A stretch of 64,000 bases of DNA from an uncultured beta proteobacterium. Its GTDB lineage: Bacteria > Pseudomonadota > Gammaproteobacteria > Burkholderiales > SG8-39. Below are positions 10,076-20,511 of the stretch, one piece after another. Numbering within the stretch: the stretch's first letter is position 1; the number at the start of each line of letters is the position of its first letter. The notes beneath the pieces were generated by a model. The model worked only from the letters and a program-made list of their open reading frames with translations, ran no database searches and was not told the DNA's origin. The position numbers were made by a program, and so were the translations under genes. The stretch spans positions 172,803-236,802 of the forward strand of contig CAWHBT010000016.1 in NCBI GenBank assembly GCA_963827595.1, written 5' to 3'.

Positions 10076-11056
10076 ATGGACTTCCAGCGGATCCTGCAGC
10101 GCTCCCAGGTCTACCAGTTCTGGCGCTTCTTCTCGGGCCGGGCGGCGCCGGAGCGGGGGACCGTCGTCCTCACGCAGCACCGCGTGTACATCCTCCCGAC
10201 CCGCTATGGGGTGCTCTTCGGCGGGGCGCTCCTGCTCATGCTCATCGGCTCGATCAACTACCAGCTCTCGCTCGGCTACATCCTCACGTTTCTCCTCGCC
10301 AGCATGGGCGTCGTCTCGATCCTGCACACCTACCGCAACCTCGCGCATCTTGCCGTCAGCGCCGGCCGGGTGGAGCCGGCGTTCGCGGGCGGCGCCGTCC
10401 GGTTCCACCTCCACCTCGACAACCCCGGCAAGTTCGACCGCGTGGCCATCACCGCGAGCTTCGCGGCGGCCACCGACACGTTCGACGTGCCGGGACGCTC
10501 GAGCGCCCCGGCGGCGCTGTCGCTGCCGGCGCGGCACCGCGGCTGGCTGCAGCTGCCACGCGTGACGATCGAGACGCGCTATCCGGTCGGGCTGTGCCGG
10601 GCGTGGGGCTACGTCCAGCCGGACATGAAAGCCCTCGTCTACCCGCGGCCCGACGACTCGGCCCTGCCGCCGCTCACGTTCATCCCCGACCACGGCGACG
10701 CGGCGCACGCCGGCACCGGCAGCGACGACTTCGCGGCGCTGCGCCCGTATCAGCGCGGGGACTCGCCGCGGCACATCGCCTGGAAGTCGGCCGCGCGCGA
10801 GCAGGTGCTCCTCACCAAGGTGTTCACCGGGCGCGGCGCCGCGGAACTCTGGCTCGATTTCGCCGCACTGCCGCCGTCGCTCGATCTCGAGGCGCGGTTG
10901 TCCCGCCTCACCCGGCAGGTGCTTCTCGCCGAGGCCGCGGGCGTCTCGTACGGGCTGCGGCTCCCCGGACGCGAGCTCGGCCCCGATCTCGGCGAGAGTC
11001 ACTGCGACGCCTGTCTCAAGGCCCTGGCGCTGTTCGATGTCCGCGACAACGGTTGA
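10076..11056 (+). CDS. DUF58 domain protein
   Basis: Two N-terminal TM helices and the DUF58 core DFAALRPYQRGDSPRHIAWK. Sits between MoxR and TgpA. Confidence 0.8.
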   Translation: MDFQRILQRSQVYQFWRFFSGRAAPERGTVVLTQHRVYILPTRYGVLFGGALLLMLIGSINYQLSLGYILTFLLASMGVVSILHTYRNLAHLAVSAGRVEPAFAGGAVRFHLHLDNPGKFDRVAITASFAAATDTFDVPGRSSAPAALSLPARHRGWLQLPRVTIETRYPVGLCRAWGYVQPDMKALVYPRPDDSALPPLTFIPDHGDAAHAGTGSDDFAALRPYQRGDSPRHIAWKSAAREQVLLTKVFTGRGAAELWLDFAALPPSLDLEARLSRLTRQVLLAEAAGVSYGLRLPGRELGPDLGESHCDACLKALALFDVRDNG

Positions 11057-13049
11057 CGCCCGGGCAGAGCGTGCCGCGCGGTCGCCCGCAAGGGAGCCCC
11101 GAGGGGTCGTCGCTGAGCCGTCGCTGGCGCTGCCGGCGGCGCTGGTGCTCCTGACGGGCGTCGCGCTCGCCGCCGCGCCGCACGCGCTCCGCCTGCCGTG
11201 GTGGGTGACGCTGCTCGCGGCCGGGATGCTCGCGTGGCGCACCTGGGCCGCCTGGCGGAACGAGCGGCTGCCGCGGCGCTGGCTGCTGACGGTGCTGGTC
11301 GTCTGCGGGATGGGCGCCATCTACCTCAACTACCGCACGATCATCGGACGCGACGCCGGGGTCGCGCTGCTGGTGCTGTTCCTGTCGCTCAAGCTGATGG
11401 AGACCAAGACCCGCCGCGACGCGGTGATCGTGACCTTCCTCTGCTACTTCCTCGCGCTGACGAACTTCTTCTACAGCCAGACGGTCGCCACCGCGGCGCT
11501 CACGCTCGCCACCGTGATCGCGCTCACCGCGAGCCTGGTCGCCATCCACGGTCCGCAGCGTCCGCTCCGGGAGGCCACGCGGCTCGCGGCGGTGCTGCTC
11601 GCGCAGGGCGTGCCGGTCATGGTCATCACGTTCTTCCTGTTCCCGCGCGTGCAGGGGCCGATGTGGGGCGTGCCGGTGGATGCATTCGGGGCGACGACCG
11701 GGCTGTCCGACTCGATGACGCCCGGCAATATCAGCCTGCTCTCGCAGTCGGACGCAGTCGCCTTCCGGGCGAGCTTCGACGGCCCGCCGCCGGAGCGCAA
11801 GCGCCTGTACTGGCGCGGGCCGGTGTTCTGGCAGTTCGATGGCCGCACCTGGCGCGCGGGCGACGTTCGCGTTTCCGAGTTCGCGCGGTTCGAGCCGATC
11901 GGCAGCGCGATCTTCTACGCCGTGACGCTCGAGCCGCACGAGCGGCAGTGGCTCTTCGCGCTGGAGATGCCCGCCAGGGTTCCGGCCGAGGCCGGCGCCA
12001 CCGGCGACTTCCAGCTGCTCGCGCGCCGGCCCGTCCGCACCCGGATACGCTACGAGATGAGCTCGTTCCTGGAGTACCGGGCGACCGGCGGCGCGACGCC
12101 GGAGGAGCTCGCCGCGGCGCGCGCGCTCCCCGAAGGTTTCAATCCGCGCGCGGGGGCGCTCGCGCAGAGCTGGCGCCACGGAGCTCAGACTGACGAGCGC
12201 GTCGTCGCCGCCGCCGTCGACTGGTTCCGGCGCGCCGGGCTCGAGTACACGCTCGCGCCGCCGCCGCTCGGCCGCGACTCGATCGACGATTTCCTGTTCC
12301 AGACCAGAAGCGGCTTCTGCGAGCACTTCTCCTCCGCGTTCGCGGTGCTGATGCGCGCGGCCGGCGTGCCGGCGCGGATCGTGACCGGCTATCAGGGCGG
12401 CGAGGTGAACCCGATCGACGGCTACATGATCGTGCGGCAGTCCGACGCGCACGCGTGGGTCGAGGTGTGGCTCGCGGACGCCGGGTGGGTCCGCGTCGAT
12501 CCGACGGCAGCGGCCGTCCCGAGCCGGGTGGAGGCCGGACTCGCTGCGGCGGTGCCGCGCAGCGATCCGCTCCCGTTCCTGGTGCGCCCCGAGCTGTCCT
12601 GGCTGCGCACGCTGCGGTTCAACTGGGAGGCGCTGTCGAATTACTGGAACCAGTGGGTGGTCGGATACAACCTCGAGCGCCAGCGGGAGCTCCTCTCGCG
12701 TCTGGGCATGCCTTCGCCGTCGTGGGAGAAGATGGCGATGGCGCTGTTCTGGCTCGTCGGCCTCCTGGTGGCGGTCCTCTCGCTGTGGATGCTGCGGCGC
12801 TCGCACGACGAGGACCCCGTCGCCAAGGCCTGGCGCAAGTTCTGCGCCAAGCTCGCGCGCCGCGGCACCGAGCGGCGCGCGAGCGAGGGTCCGCGGGTCT
12901 TCGCCGCCCGCGCGGCCGCGGAGCAGCCCCACGCCGCCGGCCCCGTGCGCGAGATCATCGACCTCTACGTGAGCCTCCGCTACGGTCCCGCGCCGGATCC
13001 GGCGCTCGTGGCGACCCTGCAGCAGCGGGTGCGGGAGTTCCGGGCATGA
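11037..13049 (+). CDS. transglutaminase-like membrane protein (TgpA/DUF3488 family)
   Basis: 670 aa with a polytopic N-terminus and the transglutaminase core GFCEHFSSAFAVLMRAAGVPARIVTGY...DAHAWVEVW. Confidence 0.85.
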   Translation: MSATTVDARAERAARSPAREPRGVVAEPSLALPAALVLLTGVALAAAPHALRLPWWVTLLAAGMLAWRTWAAWRNERLPRRWLLTVLVVCGMGAIYLNYRTIIGRDAGVALLVLFLSLKLMETKTRRDAVIVTFLCYFLALTNFFYSQTVATAALTLATVIALTASLVAIHGPQRPLREATRLAAVLLAQGVPVMVITFFLFPRVQGPMWGVPVDAFGATTGLSDSMTPGNISLLSQSDAVAFRASFDGPPPERKRLYWRGPVFWQFDGRTWRAGDVRVSEFARFEPIGSAIFYAVTLEPHERQWLFALEMPARVPAEAGATGDFQLLARRPVRTRIRYEMSSFLEYRATGGATPEELAAARALPEGFNPRAGALAQSWRHGAQTDERVVAAAVDWFRRAGLEYTLAPPPLGRDSIDDFLFQTRSGFCEHFSSAFAVLMRAAGVPARIVTGYQGGEVNPIDGYMIVRQSDAHAWVEVWLADAGWVRVDPTAAAVPSRVEAGLAAAVPRSDPLPFLVRPELSWLRTLRFNWEALSNYWNQWVVGYNLERQRELLSRLGMPSPSWEKMAMALFWLVGLLVAVLSLWMLRRSHDEDPVAKAWRKFCAKLARRGTERRASEGPRVFAARAAAEQPHAAGPVREIIDLYVSLRYGPAPDPALVATLQQRVREFRA

Positions 13050-13164
13050 GCGCGCCGGGCCGCCCCAAGCGCGAATCCCGAGCGCGTTGGCGCGAGGGTA
13101 GTCCAATGAGCGCGCCGGGCCGCCCCAAGCGCGAATCCTTGGCGCGAAGCGACAAGGTAGCCCA
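13046..13164 (+). repeat. two tandem copies of a ~60-bp REP-like intergenic element
   Basis: ATGAGCGCGCCGGGCCGCCCCAAGCGCGAATCC... occurs at 13046 and again at 13106. The internal imperfect hairpin TCCCGAGCGC-n4-GCGCGAGGGT is clear in copy 1 and diverged in copy 2. A third, inverted copy lies at 17386-17452. Confidence 0.7.
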
Positions 13165-14172
13165 ATGAGCCCGATGCGGCGCTTCCTGCGGCTTGCGTCC
13201 GCCGCGGTGCTCGCCGCCGCAGTCGCCGCGCCGGGCGTCGCCCAGACGTACGCCGACCATCCGGAGGCCCGCAAGTTCGTCGCCGAGATGGTCGAGCGGC
13301 ACGGCTTCAAGCAGCGCGACCTCGAGCGGCTGTTCGCCGACGCCCGTTACGTCGACCAGGTGGTGACCCTGATCACGCCGCAGCCCCCCGGCGAGCGCTC
13401 GTGGCAGTCCTACCGGGAGCTGTTCGTGACCCAGCGCCGGATCGAGGGCGGAGCGCAGTTCTGGCGCCGCCATGCCCGCGCGCTCGCGCGGGCCGCCGAA
13501 ACCTACGGCGTGCCGCCGGAGATCGTGGTCGCCATCATCGGTGTGGAGACCCAGTACGGCGCCAATACCGGGAACCACCGCGTGCTCGACGCGCTCGCCA
13601 CGCTGGCGTTCGACTATCCGCGCCGTGCGGCCTACTTCCGCTCGGAGCTCGAGCAGTTCCTGCTGTTCGCCCGCGAGTCGGGCGCCGACGCGACGAGCTT
13701 TCGCGGCTCGTACGCCGGCGCGATCGGGATCCCGCAGTTCATGCCGGGCAGCATTCGGCGGTTCGGGGTCGACTTCGACGGCGACGGCCGGCGCGACCTG
13801 CGGGCGAGCCCTGCCGACGCGATCGGGAGCGTCGCCAACTTCCTGCGCGCCCACGGCTGGGCCGGCGGCGAGCCGATCGCGGTGCCGGCGCGAGTGAGCG
13901 GCGCCGCGCGCGGGCGTCTGCTGATCGGCGGCGGCGTCGATCCCCTGCACCGGGCCGACGAGCTGCGCGAGCTCGAGGTGGAGTTCGCCGACACGATCGA
14001 GCCGGATACGCCAGCGGTGCTGATCGAGCTCGCAACGCCGGGCGCGCCCGCGGAGTATCTCGTCGGCTTCTGGAACTTCTACGTGCTCACGCGTTACAAC
14101 CGTTCGAGCTTCTACGCCGCCGCGGTGCTCGAGCTCGCGCAGGGCGTCAAGGCCGCGCACGGTTCGCCCTGA
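13165..14172 (+). CDS. mltB: lytic murein transglycosylase B
   Basis: Signal peptide, then IIGVETQYG (catalytic Glu block), [11 protein letters not shown] and [12 protein letters not shown] motifs of MltB. Confidence 0.85.
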   Translation: MSPMRRFLRLASAAVLAAAVAAPGVAQTYADHPEARKFVAEMVERHGFKQRDLERLFADARYVDQVVTLITPQPPGERSWQSYRELFVTQRRIEGGAQFWRRHARALARAAETYGVPPEIVVAIIGVETQYGANTGNHRVLDALATLAFDYPRRAAYFRSELEQFLLFARESGADATSFRGSYAGAIGIPQFMPGSIRRFGVDFDGDGRRDLRASPADAIGSVANFLRAHGWAGGEPIAVPARVSGAARGRLLIGGGVDPLHRADELRELEVEFADTIEPDTPAVLIELATPGAPAEYLVGFWNFYVLTRYNRSSFYAAAVLELAQGVKAAHGSP

Positions 14173-14195
14173 CGGCCGCCGCAGCGCCCCCATCG

Positions 14196-14684
14196 ATGAC
14201 CCTCCCGCTCGAGATCCGGGCCGCGACCCGCGACGACGTCCCGACCCTGCTCGAGCTCGTCCGTGCGCTCGCCGAGTACGAACGGCTGACCCATCTCGTC
14301 GCGGCGGACGAGCGCGGGCTCGCGCGCGAGCTCTTCGGGCCGGCGCGCCACGCCGAGGCGATCCTGGGGTTTGCGAGTGGGACTGCGGTCGGCTTCGCGG
14401 TCTACTTCCACAACTTCTCGACGTTCCTCGGGCGCCCTGGTCTGTACCTCGAGGACCTGTTCGTGCGGCCCGAGCACCGGCGCCACGGCTACGGGCGGGC
14501 GCTGCTGCTGCACGTCGCGCGGCTCGCGCATGCGCGCGGGTGCGGCCGGTTCGAGTGGATGGCGCTCGACTGGAACGCGCCGGCGATCCGGTTCTACAAG
14601 TCGCTCGGCGCGGCCGAGCTGGCCGAGTGGCGCCTGTTCCGGGTCACCGGCGACGCACTCGCCCGGCTGGCGACCATGGAGTAG
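14196..14684 (+). CDS. GNAT-family N-acetyltransferase
   Basis: 162 aa with the acetyl-CoA pocket [10 protein letters not shown] and a C-terminal [13 protein letters not shown] block. Confidence 0.85.
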   Translation: MTLPLEIRAATRDDVPTLLELVRALAEYERLTHLVAADERGLARELFGPARHAEAILGFASGTAVGFAVYFHNFSTFLGRPGLYLEDLFVRPEHRRHGYGRALLLHVARLAHARGCGRFEWMALDWNAPAIRFYKSLGAAELAEWRLFRVTGDALARLATME

Positions 14685-14740
14685 CGCCGACTGGACGCGC
14701 CGCGCGCGCTGGGGCTCGCCCTCGGGGCGGCGCGGCCGGC

Positions 14741-15665
14741 TCAGAGCAGGAGGTCTTTCGAAAACCCGCGCTGCTTGAGCGCCGCGCGCAGGTGCGCCAA
14801 CGCCTCGAGCTGGATCTGCCGCACCCGCTCGCGCGTGAGCTCCGAGCCGATCGGCCAGACTCTCCAGCGTGCAGACCTCGCGGCCCTTCAGCCCGAACCG
14901 GCACTCGATCACCGTCCGCTGCTTGTCGTTGAGCTGGCTGAGCCACTCGTCCACGAGGGTCGCGAGCTCGGTGGAAGCGAGCAGCGCCTCGGGCGTTGCG
15001 CCCGAGTCGTCCGCGATCGACTCGCCGATCGACAGCATCGGATCGACGTCGAGCGGCGCGTCGAGGGAGGCGAGGTGCTCGTTGTGGGCGAGCACCCGGC
15101 GCACCGCCTCCGGGTCCCGCCCGATGAGGTGCGCGATGTCCTCGACCCGCGGCTCGCGCTCGGCCGAGGCCTCGAGGTGGCGGCGCGCGCGGAGCACGAC
15201 GTTGATCTCCTTGATCACGTGCACCGGCAGGCGGATGGTGCGCGACTGGTTCATGATCGCGCGCTCGATGTTCTGCCGGATCCACCACGTCGCGTAGGTC
15301 GAGAACCGGAAGCCGCGCTCGGGATCGAACTTCTCGAGCGCGTGCATCAGCCCGAGGTTGCCCTCCTCGATCAGGTCGAGGAACGGCATTCCGCGGTGCA
15401 GGTACTGCTTCGCGATGTTCACCACCAGCCGCAGGTTGTGCTCGATCATCTTCTGCCGGGCGGCGAACTCTCCCTGGGCCGTCAGGCGCGCGTAGTGCAG
15501 CTCCTCGGCCGGCGTGAAGAGCCGATTCATTCCGATCTGGTGCAGGTAGAGCTGCGTGACGTCGACCGGGAGGTCGGGCTCCTCGGCGCCCGGCGGCGGC
15601 TCCGCGGGCGCCTCGCCCGCGAGCAGCTCCTCGGGAGGGAGCGAGTCCGGGTTGGCGCCGGTCAT
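14741..15665 (-). pseudogene. rpoS: RNA polymerase sigma factor RpoS, interrupted by a 1-nt frameshift in region 4.2
   Basis: N-terminal 274 aa are colinear with RpoS ([67 protein letters not shown]). After ...[10 protein letters not shown] the frame is lost near 14840. The +1 frame then reads [32 protein letters not shown], with the stop at 14741. Confidence 0.85.
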
Positions 15666-15685
15666 GGCCGCGACGGGACCGCCAG

Positions 15686-16729
15686 TTAGTTCGGCCGGGT
15701 CGGCAGATAGGCGAGCGGATCGACCGGCTTGCCGAGGCGGCGGATCTCGAAGTGGAGCTTCGCTTCCTTCGCACCGGTCGCGCCGAGCTCCGCGATCTTC
15801 TGCCCGCGCGCGACGTTCTGCCCTTCCTTCACCAGGATCTGGCTGTTGTGGGCATACGCCGAGAGATAGGTGTTGTTGTGGCGGATGATCACGAGCTTGC
15901 CGTAGGCGGGAATGCCCTCGCCGCTGTAGACCACCCGGCCGGCCGCCGAGGCGAACACCGGATCGCCGACGCGACCGGCGATGTCGACGCCCTTGCTCGC
16001 CGTGCCGTTGAACGTCGCGACGACCTTGCCGGTCGCGGGCCACATCCAGTCGACGCGCTCCCCGGCCGCATCCGGCTCGGGTTTGGGAGCCGCTGCCGGC
16101 GGCTCCGGCTGCGCTGTGGCCGGCGCCTCGGGTTTGGCGGTCGCGGGCGCCTCGGGCTTCGCGGGCGCCGCCGCAGGCGCTTCGGGCCTGGGCGCCGCGC
16201 GCGCCGCCTCGGCGCGCTGCAGAGCCGCGAGGTTGTCGTCGGAATACGGCAGCCTCACGCCCTTCGGCTCGGTTTTCAGGGCACTCGTTCCGGGCGTGAC
16301 GGGCGTCGACGCGGCAGGCGCGCCGGGTGGCGCCGTCGCGGCGGGCACCTCGGCGCCGAGCGGCCGCGTCACGATCGGCTGGCCCGCGTCGATCGGGCTG
16401 ACGACGACGCCTTCGCCTGCCGCAGCCGCCGCCGCGGGCCGCACCCGCAGCACCTGTCCCGTCTGCAGCTTGGTCGGATCCGAGAGCTGATTCAGGGCGG
16501 CGAGCTCGCGCCAGTCGACACCCTGGTCGAGCGCGATGCTGTACAGCGTGTCTCCGCGCTTCACTACATATGTGTCGGGTGGCAGGGCCTGGGGGGCCGG
16601 GGCGGCGGGCTTGACCGCAGCGCGCGGCGCGCTGCGGTCGTCGACCGGCGCCGGCCTGCGCTGGACGCAGCCGAGCAGCGCGAGCGCGGTCGTCGCGGCG
16701 ACGAAGACACGGAGCCATTCAGCTTGCAT
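15686..16729 (-). CDS. nlpD: LysM / M23 peptidase lipoprotein NlpD
   Basis: Lipobox LALLGC, LysM ([14 protein letters not shown]...), an Ala/Pro-rich linker and a C-terminal M23 domain ([19 protein letters not shown]...LHFEIR). Immediately upstream of rpoS. Confidence 0.85.
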   Translation of the reverse strand: MQAEWLRVFVAATTALALLGCVQRRPAPVDDRSAPRAAVKPAAPAPQALPPDTYVVKRGDTLYSIALDQGVDWRELAALNQLSDPTKLQTGQVLRVRPAAAAAAGEGVVVSPIDAGQPIVTRPLGAEVPAATAPPGAPAASTPVTPGTSALKTEPKGVRLPYSDDNLAALQRAEAARAAPRPEAPAAAPAKPEAPATAKPEAPATAQPEPPAAAPKPEPDAAGERVDWMWPATGKVVATFNGTASKGVDIAGRVGDPVFASAAGRVVYSGEGIPAYGKLVIIRHNNTYLSAYAHNSQILVKEGQNVARGQKIAELGATGAKEAKLHFEIRRLGKPVDPLAYLPTRPN

Positions 16730-16732
16730 GCG

Positions 16733-17362
16733 TCATCCTTTGCCGGCCCGCAGCGGCACGAATCGCGCCGCTTCGAGCCGGGTTTCACGGTACCCGCCTG
16801 CGGTGCGCTCGACGACGCGGAGTTCCTGAGCGTCGGTCCCGACGGGGATCACCAGCCGGCCGCCCCGCGCCAGCTGCTCGCGGAGCGCGCGCGGCACCTC
16901 GGGCGCGGCAGCAGCGACCACGATCGCGTCGAACGGCGCGACCTCCGGCAGCCCTCGATAGCCGTCGCCGTGGACGAGGCGGAGGTTCGAGAGGCGCAGG
17001 GGTCGCAGGTTCGCCCGCGCCTTCTCGCCGAGCGCCGCGATCCGCTCGATCGAATACACCTCCTTCGCGAGGCGCGCAAGCACGGCCGCCTGGTACCCGC
17101 AGCCGGTGCCGATCTCGAGCGCGCGCCCCAGCTCGCGGCCGGCGCGCGCCGCCTGGAGCATGCGCGCCACGGCGAACGGGCGCGAGATGGTCTGCTCGAA
17201 ACCGATCGGCAGCGCCGAGTCCTCGTATGCCCGAGTCGCGAGCGCCTCCTCGACGAACGCGTGGCGCGGGGTTTCCACCATCGCCGCGAGTACCGTTTCG
17301 TCCGCGATGCCCTGCGTCCGCAGCCGGGCGACCATGCGGGCCCGGGTGCGAACCGAGGTCAT
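16733..17362 (-). CDS. pcm: protein-L-isoaspartate O-methyltransferase
   Basis: SAM-binding motif [15 protein letters not shown] and conserved [11 protein letters not shown] prefer the ATG at 17362, because the longer start at 17392 lies inside the REP-like element. Confidence 0.9.
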   Translation of the reverse strand: MTSVRTRARMVARLRTQGIADETVLAAMVETPRHAFVEEALATRAYEDSALPIGFEQTISRPFAVARMLQAARAGRELGRALEIGTGCGYQAAVLARLAKEVYSIERIAALGEKARANLRPLRLSNLRLVHGDGYRGLPEVAPFDAIVVAAAAPEVPRALREQLARGGRLVIPVGTDAQELRVVERTAGGYRETRLEAARFVPLRAGKG

Positions 17363-17385
17363 GCCGCTGCCGCGCGGCAGCGCGC

Positions 17386-17452
17386 CGCTCATTGGACTTC
17401 CCTCGCGCAGAGCGCTCGGGATTCGCGCTTGGGGCGGCCCGGCGCGCTCATT
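17386..17452 (-). repeat. inverted third copy of the REP-like element
   Basis: The reverse complement reads ATGAGCGCGCCGGGCCGCCCCAAGCGCGAATCCCGAGCGCTCTGCGCGAGGGAAGTCCAATGAGCG, near-identical to 13046-13105. It lies between surE and pcm. Confidence 0.7.
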
Positions 17453-18188
17453 CGAGCCATCCCTTCACCAATGGGATCTGGCTCTGGTGGGTGAGATCCA
17501 TCTGCAGCGGCGTCACCGACACGCGATCGGACGCCACCGCGAAGAAATCCGTCCCGGGCCCGGCGTCCTGCGCCTCGCCGGCGGCGCCGATCCAGTAGAC
17601 GGTCTGGCCGCGCGGGTTCTGGGTCTTCACCACGTCCTCGGCCTTGTGCCGTTTCCCGAGCCGCGTCACTTCCACGCCCTTGAGCGCGTCGAACGGGAGG
17701 TCCGGCACGTTCACGTTGAGCAGCACGGGCTGCGACATCGCCCGGCGCGCGAGCCGCTCGACGAGGTCGCGCGCGATCCGCCCTGCGGTAGCGTAGTGAC
17801 GTCCCTCCTTGCTCGTGAGCGACACCGCCACGGCCGGGATCCCGAGCAAGTAGCCCTCCGTCGCCGCCGCGACGGTCCCGGAGTAGATGGTGTCGTCGCC
17901 CATGTTCGCACCGAGGTTGATGCCCGAGACCACGATGTCCGGGGGCTCGTCGAGGAAGCCGGTGACGGCGAGATGGACGCAATCGGTCGGCGTGCCGTCC
18001 ACGAACAGGAAGCCGTTCGCCGAGCGGCGGACGGCGAGCGGGCGATCGAGCGTGAGCGAGTTGGAGGCGCCGCTCCGGTCGCGCTCGGGCGCGACGACCG
18101 TCACTGTCCCCAGACCGACGAGGGATTCGGCCAGCACCGCCAACCCCGGCGCGAAGTAGCCGTCGTCGTTCGAGAGGAGGATCCGCAT
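17448..18188 (-). CDS. surE: 5'/3'-nucleotidase SurE
   Basis: [16 protein letters not shown]-terminus and [21 protein letters not shown] motif. Conserved surE-pcm-nlpD-rpoS order. Confidence 0.9.
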   Translation of the reverse strand: MRILLSNDDGYFAPGLAVLAESLVGLGTVTVVAPERDRSGASNSLTLDRPLAVRRSANGFLFVDGTPTDCVHLAVTGFLDEPPDIVVSGINLGANMGDDTIYSGTVAAATEGYLLGIPAVAVSLTSKEGRHYATAGRIARDLVERLARRAMSQPVLLNVNVPDLPFDALKGVEVTRLGKRHKAEDVVKTQNPRGQTVYWIGAAGEAQDAGPGTDFFAVASDRVSVTPLQMDLTHQSQIPLVKGWLE

Positions 18189-18278
18189 CCGCGCGCGTTA
18201 TCGCTAACGGCCGCCGGGCTGGTTGTCGACTGCTTGACGCTCGCGCATGATGCCGGCCGATTATATGCGAGCGCCCGG

Positions 18279-19646
18279 TCACGAGCCGCCCAGTCGCGCG
18301 AGCGCGCGCCGGAAGCGCTCGAAGATCGCCGTCTCTCCCGCGTGCCGCCCGTCGACGACGACCGGTCGACCGCCGACGTACACGTCGCTGATCGGGTTCG
18401 CGTCCCCGCCGAACACCAGCGCGTCGAGGAGCGCGTCGCCGGTCCGTTCCGCCAGGAAGGGCGCGTCGGGATCGAGCACCACCAGGTCGGCGCGCTGGCC
18501 GAGCGCCACGCCGCCGGCCGGCCGGCCCGACGCGCTCGCGCCGCCGGCGAGCGCCGCCCGGTAGAGCCTCGTGCCCGGCGACGGCGACGACGGCGTCGCA
18601 GCGATATTCCGGCGGCGCGCGGCGAGGCGCTGGCCGTATTCGAGCCAGCGCAGCTCCGCGATCGTCGACACGGACACGTTGCTGTCCGTGCCGATCCCGA
18701 GGCGGCCGCCGCGCTCGAGGTAGCGCGCGAGCGGGAACAGGCCGTCGCCGAGGTTCGCCTCGGTCGTCGGGCAGAGGCCCGCGGTCGCGCCGCTCGCCGC
18801 GAGCGCGTCGGTCTCGACGTCGGTCAGGTGCGTGGCGTGCACCACGCACCAGCGCGGTGAAAGCTCGTGCTCGTGGAGCAGCCACTCGACCGGCCGCCGG
18901 CCGCTCCAGGCGACGCAGTCTGCGACTTCCTTCTCCTGCTCCGCGGCGTGGATGTGGACCGGCGCGGTCGGATCGATCGCATCGAGCGCCTGCGCCGCTG
19001 CGGCGAGCGCAGCGGGCGGAACGGCCCGGAGCGAGTGCGGAGCCAGGCCGAAGCGCACGTCGGGGTGCGCCGCGCGCAACTTCTCGATCATCGGGACGAT
19101 CGAATCCGGCGTCCCGAGAAAGCGGCGCTGGCCCGGCGTCGGCGGCGTATCGCCGAAGTTCGAGGTCATGTAGAGCACCGGCAGGAGCGTCAGCGCGATT
19201 CCGGCGCTCGCGGCCGCGGCGATGATCCGCTCGCTCATCTCGGCCGGATTCGCGTAGGGCCGGCCGTCGGGATCGTGGTGCAGGTAGTGGAACTCGCACA
19301 CCGAGGTGTAGCCACCTTTCAGAAGCTCGACGTAGAGCTGCGCGGCGATCGCCTCGACATCCTCCGGGGCGAGCCGGGCGAGGAATCGGTACATCACCTC
19401 GCGCCAGGTCCAAAACGTATCGGCGTGGCTGGCGACGTGCTCGGTGAGACCGGCCATGGCGCGCTGGAAGGCGTGGGAATGAACGTCGGCGAGGCCCGGC
19501 AGCACCGGCCCGCGGAGCCGCGTGGCGCCCGCCGGCGGCGCGCCCGGCACGACCGCGGCGATCGCCCCCGCGCCGTCCAGCTCGATCCGGACATCGCGCG
19601 CCCAGCCGGAAGGAAGCAGCGCCGCGGGCGCGTGCAGGACGTTCAT
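18279..19646 (-). CDS. hutF: formimidoylglutamate deiminase (amidohydrolase superfamily)
   Basis: 455 aa with LPGLADVHSHAFQRAMAGLTE, FWTWREVMY and YTSVCEFHYLHH, as in HutF-type deiminases. Confidence 0.75.
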   Translation of the reverse strand: MNVLHAPAALLPSGWARDVRIELDGAGAIAAVVPGAPPAGATRLRGPVLPGLADVHSHAFQRAMAGLTEHVASHADTFWTWREVMYRFLARLAPEDVEAIAAQLYVELLKGGYTSVCEFHYLHHDPDGRPYANPAEMSERIIAAAASAGIALTLLPVLYMTSNFGDTPPTPGQRRFLGTPDSIVPMIEKLRAAHPDVRFGLAPHSLRAVPPAALAAAAQALDAIDPTAPVHIHAAEQEKEVADCVAWSGRRPVEWLLHEHELSPRWCVVHATHLTDVETDALAASGATAGLCPTTEANLGDGLFPLARYLERGGRLGIGTDSNVSVSTIAELRWLEYGQRLAARRRNIAATPSSPSPGTRLYRAALAGGASASGRPAGGVALGQRADLVVLDPDAPFLAERTGDALLDALVFGGDANPISDVYVGGRPVVVDGRHAGETAIFERFRRALARLGGS

Positions 19647-19714
19647 GTCGGGATGCTAGCAGGCCCTACAATCGAGACCCAGACCCGCAATCACCCGTCG
19701 AAAGGGGTTGGTCC

Positions 19715-20501
19715 GTGGAGATCTATCCGAATCACGCCAAGCGCCAGCTCGCCGCCGGCGGGCTCGCGATCGGGATGGGCGTGCGCCAGGCGCGCACCAT
19801 CGACATCGCCGCGATCGTGAAGACCTGCGGCTACGACTGGCTCTTCATCGACATGGAGCACAGCGCGCTGGACATCGACACCGCGACCCAGATCGCCGCG
19901 GCCGCGCTGCCGCTCGCGATCACGCCGATCGTGCGGGTTCCCGGCAAGGAGCACTACCACGCGTCCCGCGTCCTCGACTGCGGGGCGCAGGGCGTGGTCG
20001 TGCCGCACGTCGACACCGCGGAAGAGGCCGAGCGCGTCGTCTCTCACTGCCGGTACCCCCCGGTTGGGCGCAGGTCGGTCGCCGGCGGCCAACCACAGTT
20101 CGGTTTCCGGAGCGTGCCCGTCGGCGACATGACGCGCCTCGCCAACGAGGAGACGCTCGTCGTCGTGATGCTCGAGAGTCCCGGCGCAATCGAACGGGCG
20201 GACGCGATCGCCGCCGTGCCCGGCATTGACGCCCTGCTGATCGGCACGAACGATCTCACGACCGAGATGGGGATGCCTGGCCAGCTGGCCGGCCCGCACG
20301 TCGAGGAGGCCTAATCGCACGGTGATCGCCGCCTGCCGCAAGCACGGCAAGGTCCCGGGGATGGGCGGCGTGTACGACCCGAAGCTTCTGGAGCGCTACA
20401 TCGGCCTCGGCATGCGGTTCATCCTCGCCGGGAACGACCTCACCTTTCTGATGGCCGGCGCGCGCGAGCGGGCGAGCTTCGTGCGCGGGCTGACGCGCTG
20501 A
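19715..20501 (+). pseudogene. HpcH/HpaI-family aldolase, interrupted by a 1-nt insertion
   Basis: 199 aa in frame (DWLFIDMEHS, VVPHVDTAEEA, LIGTNDLT) end at TAA 20312-20314. Removing one A restores ...HVEEAYRTVIAACRKHGKVPGMGGVYDPKLLERYIGLGMRFILAGNDLTFLMAGARERASFVRGLTR*, the normal C-terminus. The total span is 3n+1 nt. Confidence 0.8.
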
Positions 20502-20511
20502 GGAGGATTGC

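Noticed and set aside
9102-13049. MoxR-DUF58-transglutaminase operon considered as a possible novel system.
   Set aside because: This is a widespread, already-described conserved gene triad. Nothing unusual was seen beyond the normal overlapping gene junction.
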